Source of the DNA: a virus
DNA: 49,182 nt
Strand: one strand, 5' to 3'
IMG/VR virus record: IMGVR_UViG_3300009964_000008
Coordinates: 1 to 49,182 of that record
This document shows positions 39,743-48,643 of the stretch, piece by piece. The notes beneath the pieces are model-generated. The model searched no databases, had not been told where the DNA came from, and saw only the letters and a program-made list of their open reading frames with translations. The translations under genes were made by a program, and so were the position numbers. Numbering within the stretch: position 1 is the first letter of the stretch; every line of letters begins with the position of its first letter.

Positions 39743-40447
39743 TTAGCGCTTGAACGTGCAGTAGTAGCAGCCAGGGTGGCTGTCGAGTTCTTCAAGGTTG
39801 TCCCGGTTATTAGTAGACCACTTGAAGATTTGATTAGCACGTTCAAGGACGTTGAGTGCGGCTTCTCGGTTGTACTTGAAGCACAACTCGTGAGTTGCCG
39901 TTGTGACAGATTCTATCGTAGCATCCCTGGGAAACAAAATCAGGGATGTGTGATTCACCTCATAGCCAGCGTTCTCCATACCCAGACCATACAACTGCAT
40001 CTGGTAATAGTACTTTTTGAGTTGGCCTTCGGTTAACGAGTCCGAATAGAACTCAGGGTTGCGGTCATCATCGAGGAATGTTGCAGACGAGAAAGCCTTG
40101 ATCTTCTTCTTCGACAAGACCTTGTAATCAACAACGTGTCCAGTAGACACGTCAAACCCATCAGCAGTGCCACGAATCTCCCCGTATCCTTCAATCTCAC
40201 CGATAGTGACCCTTGTTTCCTTCAGGTAATCCTTGAGGCCAATCGTGTTCTCAAGGTACAAGTGGAAAGCCGTCCCAATCATCGGTGCGAGAGGGTGCGT
40301 CTTTTCCTCCTGGTGGACACCCAACAGCTTTTCAGCAAGACAACGCTCACAGAGGTCTCCCAGTTCAGACGGGCCAACCTTACGTTGCTTGTCACGCTCC
40401 GAGGGCTTCGTCAACTCCCTGATAATGTCATCGTAGATTTCACTCAT
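39743..40447 (-). CDS. PD-(D/E)XK Cas4/RecB-like exonuclease
   Basis: N-terminal C-x2-C and C-terminal C-x2-C cysteines. G-x-A-D-x(n)-D-Y-K nuclease core (GTADGF...VVDYK). Confidence 0.65.
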   Translation of the reverse strand: MSEIYDDIIRELTKPSERDKQRKVGPSELGDLCERCLAEKLLGVHQEEKTHPLAPMIGTAFHLYLENTIGLKDYLKETRVTIGEIEGYGEIRGTADGFDVSTGHVVDYKVLSKKKIKAFSSATFLDDDRNPEFYSDSLTEGQLKKYYYQMQLYGLGMENAGYEVNHTSLILFPRDATIESVTTATHELCFKYNREAALNVLERANQIFKWSTNNRDNLEELDSHPGCYYCTFKR

Positions 40448-40727
40448 TCTTTGCCCATTCCTTGTATTGCTCTTCCTTCATGACATGAAGGTTCCAAGCG
40501 TAATAATGGAGGTCATCTAGTGGCGATTCAATGAAAACCAGAAAGTCGCCTTCCTCAACAACCTTCCACATCTCACGTGTCCCGAAGAGTGGGATACACG
40601 AAGTGTGGCGCACGATCTTATTCGAGCCAGAATTAACCTCCCATCTCGTCCTACTCACCTTGTCTCGTTCAATGTCAGTAAACATGAACCCAGGTGGAAC
40701 CTGAAGGACCAGTTTATTCTTCCCCAC
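40440..40727 (-). CDS. Hypothetical protein
   Basis: GTG start with GGAG upstream. Confidence 0.6.
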   Translation of the reverse strand: MGKNKLVLQVPPGFMFTDIERDKVSRTRWEVNSGSNKIVRHTSCIPLFGTREMWKVVEEGDFLVFIESPLDDLHYYAWNLHVMKEEQYKEWAKNE

Positions 40728-41121
40728 GATGGACTCCCTTCGACAGACCGCTCAAGAGAGCTGTCGCCTCGCTGGAATTGTTGTAGTCCCCCAGGTAGAC
40801 AACCTCCACGATCTCAGGACAGGACGAGATAAGATGCGCGCACCCCTGGCACGGATAGTGAGTCACGTACAGCGTGTATTCGCTCCCATGTTCCTTCATC
40901 TGTCGAATCGCGTTACGTTCCGCGTGAACAGTGTTCACACAGTGGTTGTCTACAATCCGGTGCCCGCCTGTGTCGCACGGCTCAAGGCCGTGGGGTGTTT
41001 CGTTGAACGCGCGAGACACAACCTGTCCCGTTGCACGGTCAACGATCACACACCCCACATGTGCCCTGTCACAACGGGACTTAGCGGCCTCGTCCCGTGC
41101 TGCCTTAATGTACTCTCTCAC
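40714..41121 (-). CDS. dCMP / deoxycytidylate deaminase
   Basis: Zinc motifs HAERNA and PCQGCA. Confidence 0.85.
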   Translation of the reverse strand: MREYIKAARDEAAKSRCDRAHVGCVIVDRATGQVVSRAFNETPHGLEPCDTGGHRIVDNHCVNTVHAERNAIRQMKEHGSEYTLYVTHYPCQGCAHLISSCPEIVEVVYLGDYNNSSEATALLSGLSKGVHRGEE

Positions 41122-41801
41122 TTGGAAAGAATCTCCCGCTGTTCATCGGTCAGGTTGTTTGCCCACAGGAGCACCTTACGGGCAAAGTCCGACAGGCCAC
41201 CGTTATCATTCAGCAGTCCCGGAATAGCCTTCTTATGGTAATCACTGAAAGCGAAACGATCACCGTCCACGTACCGCAGCAGACGACACAGCACCGAGTT
41301 ACGGGACACCACGTAGTTGCCGTCTGCGTCCTCAATAAGGCTCAGGAGCACGGTACCATTCAGACGGTCAGTGTAATAGTGGTGCTCACCAATCGAGAGA
41401 TCGTCCCGGTCAAAGCCACACTCACCTGCAACAGGGTCGGTCCACATGATCGACAGGTCCAGCGGGCGCGCCGCCTTGATGTCGATCTGAGCCGAAGTCA
41501 TCTCCCGCGCATTACACTTCAGATCGTCAACGGAAGGCACGACAAACACGCGGTTGTCGAACGGGTCCACGACAACCATCTCATCCTTTGCGGACCACCA
41601 CTGAGCACACACGGTGCCCCTGTCGTTGATCAGCGCAAGCCGTCCGTTAGGCAGTGTACCCGTCCCCAGGACGGCACCGCTAGGCGCAGTGACCAGACCG
41701 TCTTTAATGTCAAGGTACTGTCGCTTGACGTAGCGGGTGGGAAGGTTCTCCCATCCAAAACCAAGCGGGGGTGCGTAAATGTCACGAATCGTTACGGGCA
41801 A
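41118..41801 (-). CDS. Hypothetical protein
   Basis: TTG at 41801 preceded by AAGGGAG. The ORF-track start 42014 would overlap the upstream gene. Confidence 0.55.
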   Translation of the reverse strand: MPVTIRDIYAPPLGFGWENLPTRYVKRQYLDIKDGLVTAPSGAVLGTGTLPNGRLALINDRGTVCAQWWSAKDEMVVVDPFDNRVFVVPSVDDLKCNAREMTSAQIDIKAARPLDLSIMWTDPVAGECGFDRDDLSIGEHHYYTDRLNGTVLLSLIEDADGNYVVSRNSVLCRLLRYVDGDRFAFSDYHKKAIPGLLNDNGGLSDFARKVLLWANNLTDEQREILSK

Positions 41802-42189
41802 CTTCTTCTCCCTTTTCGTAGTAGTGGAACTCAATGACTGGAAGGTACTCTCGCTTCGTGTAGTCATAGTAGTTTTCGTGGTAGTAGTAGCGCGCATTGT
41901 CGAAGTAAATTGACACGGTGCGAGAGGTGTACGGCTCGTCCTCGTCCTCGTCCTCATCCCAGATAAACTGCCATACGCTTTGATTGTCCTGGAAACTCCT
42001 ATTTTTCCTCTCACCGTTCAGCTTATCTAGGGTCACGTAAGCCGACCAGCCATGCTTAAGCAGATGGATGCACACGACGCTCCCGTCCGTGAACTTCAGC
42101 CAGGCATCCTTGTCGTTGAGCCAGTATTCTTCTACTGACTTCTTCAGGAGGTTTGCTACCGTCTTGTGGTTGAACTGAATAATCTCCAT
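41782..42189 (-). CDS. Hypothetical protein
   Basis: ORF-track ORF in a compact gene array. Confidence 0.65.
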   Translation of the reverse strand: MEIIQFNHKTVANLLKKSVEEYWLNDKDAWLKFTDGSVVCIHLLKHGWSAYVTLDKLNGERKNRSFQDNQSVWQFIWDEDEDEDEPYTSRTVSIYFDNARYYYHENYYDYTKREYLPVIEFHYYEKGEEVARNDS

Positions 42190-42192
42190 GAC

Positions 42193-42408
42193 TCAGAACC
42201 ACTTACTCGCCTTGTGGACCATAACAGCTGCCACAATAAGGGCAATGATCGTAATCACCATAACCACAGCGACATAGCCGACGAAGGCCCACACAACCCA
42301 CATGAACGCAGACGGAAACCAGACCCCCGTCACGACAAACAGGATGCAGAAAATAAGGTAGATGGTCGTAGAAACGTCGAAGCTACGCTCAGTGTTGTTG
42401 TAAGACAT
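42193..42408 (-). CDS. Small membrane protein (two helices)
   Basis: Two long hydrophobic stretches in 71 aa. Confidence 0.6.
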   Translation of the reverse strand: MSYNNTERSFDVSTTIYLIFCILFVVTGVWFPSAFMWVVWAFVGYVAVVMVITIIALIVAAVMVHKASKWF

Positions 42409-42440
42409 GTTATGTCTCCCTTCAGTTGTTGGTTTGTTTT

Positions 42441-43856
42441 TCAGATAAGGCCGGATGCCTTGAGCTTGTCGAATCGTTCCTGCAAGCGTCCCAGAACACG
42501 ATCATCTACTGTGTCAGTCGCCTGAATCAGGAAACGGTTAACAGCCGTAGTCTGTCCCTGTCGGTTGAGTCGTCCCGTCGCCTGTTCGTTAATCACAAGG
42601 CTGTTAGACTGGCTCAGCCATATCTCAGTATGGCAGACTCGCTGAAGTCCGTCAACCCCTTCTGACATGGCCTCGTGTTGTGCGACAATGACGCGCACGT
42701 CCCCGTTAATCATGGCATGGAAGTCACCACGAGACTTTCCAGAAACTTCAATAGCCTTGATACCGGCTTTCTTCAGACGGTACAGCGCCGCCTTAATGAA
42801 TTTCTGGCTATGCACCCACACGACGACAGGTTCATCCTCTGGTAGGTCCGCAATAATATCCATCATTGCATCGAGCTTCGAGGACTTGCAGTCTTCCTTG
42901 TAATCGACAGCCCCGTCCTCGTTGAACGAGGGGACTCCCAGCGTCATCTGTCGCAGACGTAGGTCAAGTTCCATCGGGATCGACAGCGCGAGCGGGTATT
43001 CTCCCAGGAACGTGAGTGCTTTCTGTTCCAGATCGTCGTACGCCTTGCGTTGCGCGCGGGACAGTTCCACTTCCACGCGGTGAATGATCACGCCGGGCAG
43101 CTCTGGGTTAGCTTCAGCCTGTGAAACCTCGTGATAGGACGGCGCACCACGACGGACCATACCGGGCGAGCGCTCTCCCGAAAAGTCTTTCCCGTATGCG
43201 CTCCAAGGGTTGACTTCCACCTTGAAGAACTTTTCACAAAAGTCCCAGTAACCACCGTAGTGGTTAGGCCATAGGAACTTGAGCGCGGCCCAGATGTTGC
43301 AGGGCTTATTCCCAGCGGGCGTTGCCGACAGTGCGAGGCGGTAGCGCGCCTTAATGTGTCGTGCCACGTCAAAGTTGAGCGACGAGTGGTTGCACGCACG
43401 ATGCCATTCATCGGCAATAACCATGCCAAACTCAATGCCGTAGAACGGCTTAGCCATACTCTTGAAGACGTACTTTTTCGCGCGCCCGTCCCAGCGCTTT
43501 TCCTTATTACGTGACCGCATAAGCTCCCAGGTAATAAAGTACACACCCGGCGTATTGTTTTCCAGATCGTCCCACACTGCAAGGGCAGTCTTAGTTTTCT
43601 TACCAGACAGCGTGCGCATGTCAATGCCCGCGAGTGTCTTCCAATGCGAGCGCCAACCACTCTCTGTACGGACAGGGGCGACAATGAGGATAATCTGTTC
43701 CCTGATATGCTCACCGAAAGCGTTAAGCGCGTTCCACACGCTCATTGCCGTCTTGCCCGTACCAAGGCCCGCGCCTACCAGGCCCGTGTACGGCGTTTTA
43801 CTGTTCGCCAGTCCTTCCAGTACACGTTCCTGGTAGTGGCGCGGCTTGAATGTCAT
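42441..43856 (-). CDS. SNF2-family helicase/ATPase
   Basis: GLGTGKT (motif I), DEWH (II), LSATP (III) and QATGRLNRQGQ (VI). Confidence 0.85.
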   Translation of the reverse strand: MTFKPRHYQERVLEGLANSKTPYTGLVGAGLGTGKTAMSVWNALNAFGEHIREQIILIVAPVRTESGWRSHWKTLAGIDMRTLSGKKTKTALAVWDDLENNTPGVYFITWELMRSRNKEKRWDGRAKKYVFKSMAKPFYGIEFGMVIADEWHRACNHSSLNFDVARHIKARYRLALSATPAGNKPCNIWAALKFLWPNHYGGYWDFCEKFFKVEVNPWSAYGKDFSGERSPGMVRRGAPSYHEVSQAEANPELPGVIIHRVEVELSRAQRKAYDDLEQKALTFLGEYPLALSIPMELDLRLRQMTLGVPSFNEDGAVDYKEDCKSSKLDAMMDIIADLPEDEPVVVWVHSQKFIKAALYRLKKAGIKAIEVSGKSRGDFHAMINGDVRVIVAQHEAMSEGVDGLQRVCHTEIWLSQSNSLVINEQATGRLNRQGQTTAVNRFLIQATDTVDDRVLGRLQERFDKLKASGLI

Positions 43857-44201
43857 TTACTTAATCCTCCAATAAATCGTCTGTGTAACGTCTTCCATTC
43901 CAAGCCATAGCATTGCGTTGAAAACAACTTGGAACCCTAGGTTGTCGAATACTTCCTGAATGGCTTGGTTGATACTATCGTCCTCGTACTTAATAGGACC
44001 AAAGTAATCGTCCTTGCCAACGTAGGCATAGATGCACAGGTTCTGATCGTACAGTTCGACACAAACTTCGTATCCCTGTTCGCGCAGGTAGTTCTTTGTA
44101 TCCGTGTCCCAGCGGATAGTAACCATATCAATAGCGTGGCGTACCTCCCACGCGCAAGCGTGATTGTACTCCCTAGTCAGTTCTTCAATATTAGGTTCCA
44201 T
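43857..44201 (-). CDS. Hypothetical protein
   Basis: ATG at 44201 in TGACATG with the upstream stop. The ORF-track start 44420 overlaps the upstream gene. Confidence 0.6.
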   Translation of the reverse strand: MEPNIEELTREYNHACAWEVRHAIDMVTIRWDTDTKNYLREQGYEVCVELYDQNLCIYAYVGKDDYFGPIKYEDDSINQAIQEVFDNLGFQVVFNAMLWLGMEDVTQTIYWRIK

Positions 44202-44202
44202 G

Positions 44203-44628
44203 TCAGTCAAGCTCCCTCGCAATAATCGTGGCGTAGAACACACCGTCCCGGACAATGCCCTCCGCGTATTCCGTTTCGTACAGACTGTCCCTGTCAAACG
44301 TAGCGACAATATCCGTAGGCAGTTCGACAGCCGTGTCAGGTTGAACCACAAGCATTTCTTCAGCTTGAATCCACATAAACGTACCGTTCTGTGGGTGCTT
44401 GTCGTAGTCAACAAAACCAAACTCTTTGACCTTGTCGGTCAGCCACTCCCAGAACATCTCACTATTGTCCCAGTAATCCCACGCGTTGTAGTAGTCCTCC
44501 TCGCTATCCTTGGAGCGCGGGTAGTCCCCAATTTCACGCGCGCAGAACAGTTCGTCGAACGTATCACGTTCACATTCACGCCAACAGAAAACGCCGTCCA
44601 ATACGTAATGTGCAAACATTTTGATCAC
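44203..44628 (-). CDS. Hypothetical acidic Trp/Tyr-rich protein
   Basis: ORF-track ORF with ATGA overlap. Confidence 0.65.
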   Translation of the reverse strand: MIKMFAHYVLDGVFCWRECERDTFDELFCAREIGDYPRSKDSEEDYYNAWDYWDNSEMFWEWLTDKVKEFGFVDYDKHPQNGTFMWIQAEEMLVVQPDTAVELPTDIVATFDRDSLYETEYAEGIVRDGVFYATIIARELD

Positions 44629-44849
44629 TCACTTTCACTTTCGATATAAATTGACATGCCGTTAGGCAACTCTACTTCAGCGCCTACACCAAGGTTTTTG
44701 TGGATAATTTCAGCGGCGCGCATCTGTCGTACCGCTTCAAGCCACATGGTGCTATATTCTTGCAGTTCCTGTTCCTCAAGTGAACGGGCGATATTTTCAA
44801 CCTGTTCGACAGTGACACTATCGCCCGTCCCGTAGTTCTCCCAATTCAT
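44625..44849 (-). CDS. Hypothetical protein
   Basis: ORF-track ORF with ATGA overlap. Confidence 0.6.
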   Translation of the reverse strand: MNWENYGTGDSVTVEQVENIARSLEEQELQEYSTMWLEAVRQMRAAEIIHKNLGVGAEVELPNGMSIYIESESE

Positions 44850-45184
44850 CGGAACGTCGCGTACGTGTCACTCACAGTAGTAGCGGGCGACAGATCAATC
44901 GGAAGATCAAGCGCGGCAAGTTTGCGCGTATTCAACTTAGGCTTGTCATAAACCGACTCACGCACTGCCTTAGGCAGTTTCTTAAACGCGGGCAGTGCTT
45001 CTACAGCGGCGGCGTTGATAGTCTTTCGCACGGCGAACGTGACCTTAGTGTCTCCCACCTGAATCTTGTCCCCTGCGTTGAACTGTGCGCACAGTTCAGC
45101 CTTGAGTGCGTCTCGCGCTTCAGTCAGGGCCGCAATCTCGGCGTTGAGCTTGGTAATCTTGTTGACGAGGTTTTCAGTGTTCAT
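44846..45184 (-). CDS. Hypothetical protein with N-terminal coiled coil
   Basis: ATG at 45184 with GAAAGTGAG upstream. Confidence 0.6.
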   Translation of the reverse strand: MNTENLVNKITKLNAEIAALTEARDALKAELCAQFNAGDKIQVGDTKVTFAVRKTINAAAVEALPAFKKLPKAVRESVYDKPKLNTRKLAALDLPIDLSPATTVSDTYATFR

Positions 45185-45328
45185 TGTTGTTCTCACTTTC
45201 GTTGTTGTTGTTGTCAGTTGTAATCGTCTTGCCCGTGTACTAAGCCGTAATCCATACCAACCTCCCACGTCGGGATAACAAATGGTAGCGGCTTAGGCGC
45301 TACGGGTAGGGCCATTAAATCTTCCAGG

Positions 45329-45442
45329 TTAATTGTCATCCCTGTTGTCTTCCTGTTCGCGCTTGTAACAGTAGAAACCTACCTGGACAAGCATTGCCAG
45401 GAATAGGAACATATAGTAGATACTTCCAGCACCATTCACCAT
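45329..45442 (-). CDS. 37-aa membrane peptide (below ORF-track cutoff)
   Basis: RBS GGGAGA. MVNGAGSIYYMFLFLAMLVQVGFYCY followed by a charged tail. Confidence 0.45.
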   Translation of the reverse strand: MVNGAGSIYYMFLFLAMLVQVGFYCYKREQEDNRDDN

Positions 45443-45461
45443 GTTAGTTTCTCCCACTTTC

Positions 45462-45968
45462 TCACATATAGTTTTCGGTGTAGTACTTGATAGCGTCTTC
45501 CTCGCAGTCGGCATAGATACCCGCCAGAGAGTCACCTGTAGTTTCGTCCGACACAACCCACACATACCCATCGGCCCAAAGACTGTATTCATGCACCCAT
45601 GACTCGCAAGGGTTAACAGGAAACGTATCCTTGCGGAACGCGGCCGCAAACAGCCTAGAATCTAGTTGAGTATGCCAACCGACGTACACCCAGTAATCAG
45701 GGCAAAGAGCCGCCCATTCTTCCTGCGTAGGCGTACGCCCGTATTCCTCATGGAAGTTATCAAACTCCCACATTGCCGGGCAGTCCGTTTCGGCGGGGTG
45801 GTGCAAGATGCAACCATGCGGCCCTCCAATGACACACAGTGCATCGGCGCTATCTACCCATTCAGTAGGGCACTCAGCGTCAATATCATGAAACACTTGG
45901 AAAGTGTGTCCATCGTGTTCCCATTCATCGGGAACGGTGATAGTGTGCGCGAACTGTGTCTGAATCAT
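45462..45968 (-). CDS. Hypothetical acidic Cys/Trp-rich protein
   Basis: First gene after promoter P2. Confidence 0.7.
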   Translation of the reverse strand: MIQTQFAHTITVPDEWEHDGHTFQVFHDIDAECPTEWVDSADALCVIGGPHGCILHHPAETDCPAMWEFDNFHEEYGRTPTQEEWAALCPDYWVYVGWHTQLDSRLFAAAFRKDTFPVNPCESWVHEYSLWADGYVWVVSDETTGDSLAGIYADCEEDAIKYYTENYM

Positions 45969-46011
45969 TGTTTTCTTGCTTCCGCTTGGTTGTTTGTCTT
46001 CCGATAATTAA

Positions 46012-46040
46012 AGATTAGCAGGTTGGCAGTCATTCTGCAA
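46012..46040 (-). promoter_or_regulatory. Leftward promoter P2: TTGCAG-17-TAATCT
   Basis: rc of 46035-46040 is TTGCAG and rc of 46012-46017 is TAATCT. Downstream box CTAATCTTTAATTATCGG is nearly identical to P1. Confidence 0.6.
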
Positions 46041-46410
46041 TGTGAACTACGCTACACGTCTGTGTGTCGTTGTCCCAGATGAACATATGTGCGTATCCGT
46101 GCAAGTAGCGCAGTTCATCTAGCGTATCGCCCTCGCTATCGGACTCCCAGTACCAATAGATACTGTTGTCAGCGGCATTAGTGCGACAACGCCACACGTA
46201 GCCTTCAATGTTCACATACACACCGCTAGGCTCATTCTCAGAGAACAGATCAAATAGTCCCACAAACTCATAGCCGCGCTCAGTAAACCACGGGTTGATT
46301 AGCGACAGGTCCCATCCTGTTTCGGGATTAACGTACCCGGCTAAGTGTTCCTGCATGGACTCTAGCGGGTAGTAACGGTCACTAATGACGCTCAGCAATT
46401 CTTCCCACAT
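46030..46410 (-). CDS. Hypothetical acidic Trp/Tyr-rich protein
   Basis: ORF-track ORF. Confidence 0.65.
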   Translation of the reverse strand: MWEELLSVISDRYYPLESMQEHLAGYVNPETGWDLSLINPWFTERGYEFVGLFDLFSENEPSGVYVNIEGYVWRCRTNAADNSIYWYWESDSEGDTLDELRYLHGYAHMFIWDNDTQTCSVVHIAE

Positions 46411-46411
46411 G

Positions 46412-46570
46412 TTAGAACCCCCTCATATAATCAATTCCGATAATGACACACAAACCACATATAAACGCGCTAAGCATACTTAAAAAACAAAGTATGTTAG
46501 TTTTCGCCATAATACCCGCATAAACAAACCAGATCATAGCCATAATACCCAGTAGGATAACCACCAACAT
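46412..46570 (-). CDS. 52-aa membrane protein (below ORF-track cutoff)
   Basis: MLVVILLGIMAMIWFVYAGIM...CGLCVIIGIDYMRGF. The TAA overlaps the next ATG (TAACATG). Confidence 0.5.
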   Translation of the reverse strand: MLVVILLGIMAMIWFVYAGIMAKTNILCFLSMLSAFICGLCVIIGIDYMRGF

Positions 46571-46574
46571 TTTG

Positions 46575-46826
46575 TTACTCACTTTCTGTAAAGTAGATTA
46601 CGTCTTCCAAGTAATTGACAGCGTTGTCCATTACGTAACTTTCCCATTCATCGTGATTATCAGGGTTCCCACCGTCTTCCAGATAATTATCCCACAATGC
46701 GTCTTCAATATCGCAATTATTGAACTTTCGTCCCTTGTAGTGCAAGATAGGGTCACTTTGGGAACCACACCACTCGAAACCAATATCGGGGATACCATAC
46801 CAATTATGCAACATGCTAATTCTCAC
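46575..46826 (-). CDS. Hypothetical acidic protein
   Basis: ORF-track ORF with ATGA overlap. Confidence 0.6.
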   Translation of the reverse strand: MRISMLHNWYGIPDIGFEWCGSQSDPILHYKGRKFNNCDIEDALWDNYLEDGGNPDNHDEWESYVMDNAVNYLEDVIYFTESE

Positions 46827-47287
46827 TTTCCACTAGGTTTGATTAGACAACTTTCGGTGTAAACGTCCAATACGTCGCAACCATCTAGCAGCCACGCGGC
46901 ATTGTCGATATCGCCGTCCCATTCTTCAATAGGGACACATTTCCAACCCTCGCTAACGATAATATCGTCAACAACATAACCGAGTGCGTCTGCCACACAT
47001 TCAGCCATTGCAGAGATACGGGCATTGGCAATCATTGCGCGCCTACGCGCCGGGTTACGCTCCATGTCATAGTTAGGTTCAAGGTATTCCCATTCATCGG
47101 GACGGCCCATTTTGTCCCACGCGAGGAACACATTAGCATCGTTGCACCAACCACCCGTGAGAGTGCACACTTCGTCCCAGATATCGCTACCGAAAACACT
47201 ACCGTTGATAACGTCCGCTGCAAATTCAACAGTGAGTTCAGGGTAAATGAGGGCCTTTGCGAGCTTGTAAGCGTACTCATTGCACAT
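46823..47287 (-). CDS. Hypothetical acidic Cys/Trp-rich protein
   Basis: RBS GAAAGG. First gene after tRNA-like element B. Confidence 0.65.
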   Translation of the reverse strand: MCNEYAYKLAKALIYPELTVEFAADVINGSVFGSDIWDEVCTLTGGWCNDANVFLAWDKMGRPDEWEYLEPNYDMERNPARRRAMIANARISAMAECVADALGYVVDDIIVSEGWKCVPIEEWDGDIDNAAWLLDGCDVLDVYTESCLIKPSGK

Positions 47288-47335
47288 GGTTCTACCTTTC
47301 GGTTTGTTGTTCGCTAACCACCTTGGTTAGCGTAG

Positions 47336-47385
47336 TTCCCTAGGCACGGATCGAACGTGCATTAAACCTACCATTAGGCTAGGGA
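47336..47385 (-). ncRNA. tRNA-like element B (acceptor stem + D-like hairpin + T-arm, no anticodon arm)
   Basis: RNA sense: TCCCTAG CCTA-ATGG-TAGG TTTAAT GCACG-TTCGATC-CGTGC CTAGGGA A. It has a perfect 7-bp acceptor stem and a canonical T-loop. Confidence 0.55.
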
Positions 47386-47400
47386 TACCCTTTCTAGGGG

Positions 47401-47601
47401 CTAGTATTCTTCCAGAATGAGAACACAGTCACCAGACACTAGCGCGTCATAAACAGGCCCTATCTTATCAATACGCCCTTCGATTGTCTTGGTAACCAGT
47501 GGTTCACCAAGTGTCGCCGCATCCTTGCGCAGTGCGTCAATATGGGCTTCAAGCGCGATACGGATAAAGTCCATCTGTTCCCAGGTCAGTTCCATTGTCA
47601 C
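47401..47601 (-). CDS. Hypothetical protein
   Basis: GTG overlaps the upstream TGA (GTGA); alternative ATG at 47595. Confidence 0.6.
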   Translation of the reverse strand: MTMELTWEQMDFIRIALEAHIDALRKDAATLGEPLVTKTIEGRIDKIGPVYDALVSGDCVLILEEY

Positions 47602-47777
47602 GCCTCAATTTCTGACATGACTACCGCATCCGACAGGCCGTCAAGGGCGGTCACCACCGCGTCAAGGGCGGCAAGCACGCTGGGATTATCGCCGTAGTCG
47701 GCTCCCATCTTTCGAAACGTAATCTTAGCGGCGGTAGCGGCCTTGATAACAGTCATGGTGTCCTTGTTGATTCGCAT
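47598..47777 (-). CDS. Hypothetical 59-aa protein (below ORF-track cutoff)
   Basis: ATG at 47777 after GAAAGCGAG. Reads MRINKDTMTVIKAATAAKITF...SEIEA-TGA. First ORF after promoter P3. Confidence 0.5.
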   Translation of the reverse strand: MRINKDTMTVIKAATAAKITFRKMGADYGDNPSVLAALDAVVTALDGLSDAVVMSEIEA

Positions 47778-47832
47778 TTGAGTTGTCTCGCTTTCTGTTT
47801 GTTATTTGCTTAGGCTGTTTGCCTATGACTAA

Positions 47833-47861
47833 ATAGTAGCTTGGTTGTGAGTTGCTGTCAA
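47833..47861 (-). promoter_or_regulatory. Leftward promoter P3: TTGACA-17-TACTAT
   Basis: rc of 47856-47861 is TTGACA and rc of 47833-47838 is TACTAT. Downstream TTTAGTCATAGGCAA resembles P1 and P2. Confidence 0.65.
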
Positions 47862-47865
47862 GTTG

Positions 47866-48228
47866 TCAGAGTGTGTTGTGCATCACGGGCACTAGCGTTG
47901 CGTTCGGCTCAATGCACGCAGAATACGCGCGCATACTCTCGAAAGTCTGCCAGTCAGGGCGCATGTTGTCCCGCCACATGCTGATAATCTTCCCAATGAC
48001 ACGTTTCTCATGGGGCGTGAGTGTCACATCCTTGTAAACGTAGACAGCGCCGCTGGGATTAAACTTGAAGATAATTTCGGTGGTATCCTCCCTAGCTACC
48101 CAGTAGCTAATCCAATTGCGCGCTAGGTCATTGTGATTCATCGTGAGATACAACTTAGAACCAAGTTGCACAGACTCGCCAATGATCTGGTTAGGATACA
48201 CCGACAACAGGGCGTTGTTGATAGTCAT
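47866..48228 (-). CDS. Hypothetical protein
   Basis: ATG at 48228 in TAAAATG with the upstream stop. The ORF-track start 48432 overlaps the upstream gene. Confidence 0.6.
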   Translation of the reverse strand: MTINNALLSVYPNQIIGESVQLGSKLYLTMNHNDLARNWISYWVAREDTTEIIFKFNPSGAVYVYKDVTLTPHEKRVIGKIISMWRDNMRPDWQTFESMRAYSACIEPNATLVPVMHNTL

Positions 48229-48229
48229 T

Positions 48230-48613
48230 TTAGGCGACCTCCCTAACATTGATAAACTGCGCGCCGTTACCGTGAATAGTCTCATTGTCACACTCACGGT
48301 CGCACGCCTTATAAAGCGTATCCCAATCAATGCGGCGACCAACCATTGCCGATAGGAAACGGCGAACGTGTCGGCTAGTAGTAGTGGAATGGTGGAAAGC
48401 GTCACGATGGACAAACGTATCCCAGTCATCATTTTCGTTCTTGTTCACCATTGCAACGCGCGTTGTGTATGAGTACACGTCAAACCGACTATTGCAAATC
48501 GGGTGGTTATGGTTAGCCGCAATATTGAAGTTTCGCGCGACAGGGTAAAAACCACTCACCCGGTTGTGTAGCAAGTCCCATGCGGCGCTATCAATGTCAT
48601 TCAGAATACCCAT
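48230..48613 (-). CDS. Hypothetical protein
   Basis: RBS GAAAGG. The translation-initiation region is identical to that of the 48901 gene. Confidence 0.65.
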   Translation of the reverse strand: MGILNDIDSAAWDLLHNRVSGFYPVARNFNIAANHNHPICNSRFDVYSYTTRVAMVNKNENDDWDTFVHRDAFHHSTTTSRHVRRFLSAMVGRRIDWDTLYKACDRECDNETIHGNGAQFINVREVA

Positions 48614-48643
48614 TGTCTTTGCCTTTCTGTGTTGGGTTGTTGG

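Noticed and set aside
45285-45303. Hairpin GTAGCG-GCTTAGG-CGCTAC with a 7-nt loop and an adjacent AATGGTAG, resembling a D-loop plus anticodon arm
   Set aside because: No acceptor stem or T-arm can be built on either strand, and the loop has C rather than U at position 33. It is probably just a leader hairpin upstream of the 45184 gene.
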